From: [Limnothrix rosea] IAM M-220
Lineage (GTDB): Bacteria > Cyanobacteriota > Cyanobacteriia > Cyanobacteriales > MRBY01
Reading direction: 5' to 3'
NCBI RefSeq assembly: GCF_001904615.1
Contig: NZ_MRBY01000001.1
Coordinates: forward strand, 101,380 to 133,379
Length of the DNA stretch: 32,000 nucleotides
The translations under genes and the position numbers were made by a program. Of the stretch, positions 28,177 through 32,000 are shown one piece after another. Positions within the stretch are counted from its first letter, which is position 1. Every line of letters begins with the position of its first letter. Below the pieces are notes generated by a model. That model searched no databases. It saw nothing but the letters and a program-made list of their open reading frames with translations, and was not told the origin of the DNA.

Positions 28177-29253
28177 TTATGGATGGTTTTTCTCTAGGGG
28201 TAAACTTAATTGTTGATGATTAGATAGTTGTTTAATAATTTTTAAATGGGCTTTGGAAAAGGGATATTGATGTAGATTAGTCATTTTTACCCAGCGATCG
28301 CCTTGATGGTGGCTGACAAAATAAATATGGGGTTTTAGTTCAATCTTGAAGTGAGTGTAGGCATGAAAAACGGTTTCTAGGGAATGTTTATATATTGCTT
28401 GGGGAAATAGGTTTTCTGTGAGAGATGCGATATTTCCTTCGGTATTGGGAAATTCCCATAGGCCACCGAGTAGGCCTGTTACGGGACGTTGCTGGATAAA
28501 TACTTCGTTTTGGCCATTAAAGGCGATCGCCGCCACTAGTTTCTTGGTGGGCACTTTCTTTTTGGGAGCCTTGCGGGGAAAATCTGTGGGAGTCCTCAGT
28601 TGAAATGCTTTGCATTGACCTTGCCACGGACAAACGCCACAGCTCGGATTCTTTTGCGTACAGAGGGTCGCCCCCAGATCCATAAACGCTTGATTGAAAT
28701 CTCTGGGATTCTCTGGATCTAAAATTTGATCAGAAACTTCCCACAATTCCCTCAAGGCTTTTGCTGGCGGTTTCTCTAATGCCATAATTCTCGCTAAAAC
28801 CCGCTTAACGTTGCCATCCAAAATTGATAACGGCAAATTCCGGGCAGAACTGAGTATTCCTCCTGCTGTGGTGCGGCCAATTCCCTTGAGCTTGAGGATA
28901 TTCTCTAAATCTTCTGGAAACTCGCCGTTAAATTCTGAGACGACTTGCTTCGCTGCGTGGTGGAGATTTCTTGCCCGTGCGTAGTATCCCAGCCCTTCCC
29001 AAAGCTTAAGTACTGACTGCTGATCTGCTTTTGCTAAAGCTTGCACCGTTGGAAATTTTTTTAGCCAGCGTTCGTAGTAGGGAATGACTGTTTTTACTTG
29101 GGTTTGCTGGAGCATGATCTCCGAAATCCAGACGCGATAAATGTCTGGTTCGTTACGCCATGGTAAACTGCGACCTTCTCGCTGGTACCAGTTTAGGAGC
29201 GATCGCCGCATATTTTGTAAAGCCTGATCGGTAAACACAATGGCGATGGTCAA
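28177..29253 (-). CDS. mutY: A/G-specific adenine glycosylase
   Basis: LPWRNEPDIYRVWISEIMLQQTQVKTVIPYY, LKGIGRTTAGGILS, ILDGNVKRVLAR and 4Fe-4S motif CTQKNPSCGVCPWQGQC; C-terminal NUDIX-like region. Confidence 0.95.
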   Translation of the reverse strand: MTIAIVFTDQALQNMRRSLLNWYQREGRSLPWRNEPDIYRVWISEIMLQQTQVKTVIPYYERWLKKFPTVQALAKADQQSVLKLWEGLGYYARARNLHHAAKQVVSEFNGEFPEDLENILKLKGIGRTTAGGILSSARNLPLSILDGNVKRVLARIMALEKPPAKALRELWEVSDQILDPENPRDFNQAFMDLGATLCTQKNPSCGVCPWQGQCKAFQLRTPTDFPRKAPKKKVPTKKLVAAIAFNGQNEVFIQQRPVTGLLGGLWEFPNTEGNIASLTENLFPQAIYKHSLETVFHAYTHFKIELKPHIYFVSHHQGDRWVKMTNLHQYPFSKAHLKIIKQLSNHQQLSLPLEKNHP

Positions 29254-29282
29254 TGTCCTGAAAATACAAAAATCTTTAAACC

Positions 29283-29322
29283 AAAAAAGAGCCCCAGATC
29301 TAACTGAAGCTCTTCTTTTTTT
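29283..29322 (-). terminator. Terminator downstream of tRNA-Glu (possibly bidirectional)
   Basis: AAGAGC/GCTCTT stem with inner CAG/CTG pairing, T-runs on both strands. Confidence 0.6.
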
Positions 29323-29324
29323 AG

Positions 29325-29397
29325 TACCCCCAAGGGAATTCGAATCCCTGTCGCCTCCGTGAAAGGGAGGTGTCCTAGGCCACTAGACGATGGGGGC
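29325..29397 (-). tRNA. tRNA-Glu (anticodon TTC)
   Basis: Minus strand GCCCCCATCGTCTAGTGGCCTAGGACACCTCCCTTTCACGGAGGCGACAGGGATTCGAATTCCCTTGGGGGTA folds as a cloverleaf; anticodon arm CCTCC-CTTTCAC-GGAGG; CCA not encoded. Confidence 0.96.
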
Positions 29398-29533
29398 TTG
29401 TGGACTGAGTACGAGCATTTCGCTTGCGACTCACAGTTAAACAATCTAACCGATAAAAAATGCAATGTCAATACTCTAATCTATCTTTTTTTGAAAGAGT
29501 GTTTTGAGTCAGTCGGCGATCGCCCTGCGCCCA

Positions 29534-30493
29534 TTAGGAGTCTTGGGTCGAGGCTTCTGCCCGTACAGCCCGAAACATACCAAAACGACAAAGACCTTCC
29601 CCAAAGGCCAAACGCATTAATAAAATTGTGGGCACTTCTCGGATGGATTTCACAAAACCTGACCAACCGTACTGGAGCCAGCCCCTAGGCCGTTCGATAC
29701 CAACCCAAATCGTTTGGAACCAAGAAGGCAATGTTTCACGCGTCCAATCCGCCGTTTCCACTGCACCCTGCACAAAACCCGTCGCTTCTAACAGTTCTGA
29801 AAACCCTTCAATACTCGAAAACTTAGGATGCGCCCACTGGTCTAAGAGTTGAGTCATAACAGGCTTTTCCCACCAGTTCAAAGGAATACGGCGATCATCC
29901 CGTTGGTTCCAATCCGCAACAACTAATTTGCCACCGGGCTTTAGTACCCGCAATAATTCCTTGGCAAATACCGCCTTATCCGGCATGTGGGGGCCCGCCT
30001 CAATGGACCACACCACATCAAAACTGGCATCGGGAAAAGATAAATTCATCGCATCATCGACTTGAAATTTGGCCGTTACACCCATGGGAGTTAGCTCTGT
30101 AGCGCGTTCCACCTGTTTGGGACTAATGGTGACACCCGTGACATCAAAGTCATAATCCTGCGCCAAAATCCGACTACTGCCGCCTATCCCACAACCGACA
30201 TCCAGCACCGTCGTGCCAGCCGGAAGGGTTGCCAGTCCGCCCCAGCGCACCATTTCATGGACAAAATCAATTTTTGCGGTGAGAAAGTCCATGTCGCGAG
30301 GAGGGTTGCCGTAATAACCAAGGTGAATATGTTCGCCCCAATAAAATTCGAGGATGCCATCTTCTGTCCATTCGTCGTAGGAGTTGGCGACCGTTTCAGA
30401 GGATTGATAGCGGCGTGCTGACAAGAAGTACAGTACTAAACTCACAATTAAACCAAAGCCGACCAAGATCAAGATTAGAGATGCAAAATTCAT
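29534..30493 (-). CDS. 2-methyl-6-phytyl/solanyl-1,4-benzoquinone methyltransferase (MPBQ/MSBQ methyltransferase, Sll0418-like)
   Basis: N-terminal TM anchor then SSETVANSYDEWTEDGILEFYWGEHIHLGYYG, VLDVGCGIGGSSRILA, VTGVTISPKQVERATELTP and EAGPHMPDKAVFAKELLRVLKPGG. Confidence 0.9.
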   Translation of the reverse strand: MNFASLILILVGFGLIVSLVLYFLSARRYQSSETVANSYDEWTEDGILEFYWGEHIHLGYYGNPPRDMDFLTAKIDFVHEMVRWGGLATLPAGTTVLDVGCGIGGSSRILAQDYDFDVTGVTISPKQVERATELTPMGVTAKFQVDDAMNLSFPDASFDVVWSIEAGPHMPDKAVFAKELLRVLKPGGKLVVADWNQRDDRRIPLNWWEKPVMTQLLDQWAHPKFSSIEGFSELLEATGFVQGAVETADWTRETLPSWFQTIWVGIERPRGWLQYGWSGFVKSIREVPTILLMRLAFGEGLCRFGMFRAVRAEASTQDS

Positions 30494-30701
30494 AGCAAGA
30501 TTTGTGAAGGGATTTAACGCTTGATGCTCAGGCTATCCTAGCTGATTGGTGTATGAAATTGTGATCTGCCATGCTCCTAAATGTGTCTTTTGAGAGAGCA
30601 TTTTTTCCCCACAACTCCAGATTTTTTCTGCGTTTACAAAGATTAGGATGAACCCATTGGAATAAACAAAAAAATTAAAGTAAAAGATATTAAAGATATT
30701 T

Positions 30702-31808
30702 ATGACAGCAGAGTTTTTATCTAAAACAATTCTTGGTAACACCGTAATGGATTATGCCATGGCGATCGCCTTTCTCCTTGGCGGTGTAATCGTGATTAAC
30801 GGTGTCAAAAGTTTAGTGCTCTGCTCGGTGAGACAGTGGGCAAAAAGATCATTTTTTGAAGTCGATCCGCGGCTACTGAATATTTTTAGTAAAGCTCTAG
30901 TGCGACTACTTTATATCGGTAATATTTCACTGGCGATCGGCAACCTAGCACTACATCCTATCCTAGACGAGACTGTAAGCTCCCTTGTGGTGATAGCAGC
31001 AACAGTTGTTGCCATTCAATTCATTTCGCGTCTCATCGAATACAGTGTACGCTCTTACTTTCTTAAAAAAGGTGATCTTGAATTAGAGCAAAGTTTTAGT
31101 GCTTTAATGCCCATTATCCGTACGATTCTTTGGACAATTGGTGCAGTATTTCTCCTCGACAACCTCGGCTTCGATATCTCTGCCGTCATTGCCAGTTTAG
31201 GTATTGGTGGTATTGCCGTTGCCTTTGCTGCCCAAGGTGTTTTAGGCGATCTATTTAGCTACTTCTCCCTAGTGATTGATCGCCCTTTTATCATTGGTGA
31301 TTTTATTATCGTCGATGATTTTCTCGGCACAGTAGAACACATTGGCATTAAAACAACTCGTCTCAAAAGCATTAGCGGCGAAGAAATTGTCATTGCCAAT
31401 ACTGATTTAACCGATTCAAGAGTGCGTAACTTTCGACAGATGGAACGACGTCGGATTCAGTTTAGTTTGGGTGTTCTCTACGAAACGTCTAAAGAAAAGC
31501 TAGAGGTTATTCCTGCCATTATTCAAGATATTATTGCATCCCAAGAAAATGCTATTTTTGACCGTGCTCACTTTGCTAGCTATGGTGATTTTAGTTTAAA
31601 TTTTGAGATTGTCTATTTTGTGAATGGTGGTGACTTTAGTCTATATATGGATGTGCAACAGAAAATCAATTTGGCAATTTTTGAGGCCTTTGCCAAGCGC
31701 GATATCGAATTTGCCTATCCGACAAATGTTACTTATCTCAAGTCGGATACATCGAAAGAGGAACCGATTCAGGTCGCAACTCAAACAACCAATAATCAAG
31801 ATAGTTAG
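30702..31808 (+). CDS. MscS-family mechanosensitive ion channel
   Basis: LGIGGIAVAFAAQGVLGDLFSYFSLVIDRPFIIGDFIIVDDFLGTVEHIGIKTTRLKSISGEEIVIANTDL (MscS pore helix and beta domain). Confidence 0.93.
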   Translation: MTAEFLSKTILGNTVMDYAMAIAFLLGGVIVINGVKSLVLCSVRQWAKRSFFEVDPRLLNIFSKALVRLLYIGNISLAIGNLALHPILDETVSSLVVIAATVVAIQFISRLIEYSVRSYFLKKGDLELEQSFSALMPIIRTILWTIGAVFLLDNLGFDISAVIASLGIGGIAVAFAAQGVLGDLFSYFSLVIDRPFIIGDFIIVDDFLGTVEHIGIKTTRLKSISGEEIVIANTDLTDSRVRNFRQMERRRIQFSLGVLYETSKEKLEVIPAIIQDIIASQENAIFDRAHFASYGDFSLNFEIVYFVNGGDFSLYMDVQQKINLAIFEAFAKRDIEFAYPTNVTYLKSDTSKEEPIQVATQTTNNQDS

Positions 31809-31882
31809 AAGTTTTAAGTTACTCAGGATTTAGCCATCAAAATTCTAATTGCTAATTTCTAATTACTGATTTCTCATTAAAA

Positions 31883-31931
31883 AAATAAGGGCAACCCATG
31901 CTATTTAAAGTCATATTGGGTTGCCTATTTT
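31883..31931 (+). terminator. Terminator downstream of the MscS-type channel
   Basis: GGCAACCCA (31890-31898) pairs perfectly with TGGGTTGCC (31917-31925), followed by TATTTTA. Confidence 0.65.
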
Positions 31932-32000
31932 ATTGATATTTATAAACTCGATTTGCTAGTTTTGTTTTACTCGGATGCTGTTTCTAGGGCTGTCGTTTCA

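Noticed and set aside
1-32000. HIP1 octamers considered as a mobile repeat or CRISPR-like element
   Set aside because: HIP1 (GCGATCGC) is a well-known dispersed cyanobacterial octamer. Spacing is irregular, with no spacers, and no direct-repeat array was seen anywhere in the window.

Overview
This 32 kb window is ordinary cyanobacterial chromosome. HIP1 octamers (GCGATCGC) occur about 50 times by hand count, and gene content suggests a relative of the Synechococcus PCC 7002 / Leptolyngbya PCC 7376 clade (inference, no database search). Most of it is housekeeping or photosynthesis-related: nucleotide cyclase C-terminus (partial), lipB, hpf/lrtA, SAM hydroxide adenosyltransferase, guaB3-type IMPDH-family gene, small zinc-ribbon protein, menB, psbO, membrane adenylate cyclase, group 2 sigma factor, argZ/agrE, m5C DNA methyltransferase, Ycf55/DUF3685 protein, rpmB, flippase, O-antigen-ligase/TPR protein, sqdB, Uma2-family protein, NDH-like/SelD fusion, CsbD-like proteins, mutY, tRNA-Glu, MPBQ/MSBQ methyltransferase and an MscS channel. 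I found no CRISPR array, transposon, prophage or clearly new defence system. The best leads are: (1) an intact m5C methyltransferase followed 11 nt later by what looks like a dead restriction endonuclease, with two in-frame stops and a probable catalytic Lys->Met, inside the longest HIP1-free stretch of the window; (2) a Ycf55/DUF3685 protein whose receiver domain has Glu at the phospho-acceptor position; (3) a flavin-dependent NADH-dehydrogenase-like/SelD fusion; (4) divergent secreted and cytosolic CsbD-like genes; (5) a psbO terminator hairpin built on a HIP1 palindrome; (6) small conserved-looking ORFs missed or unlabelled in the ORF track.
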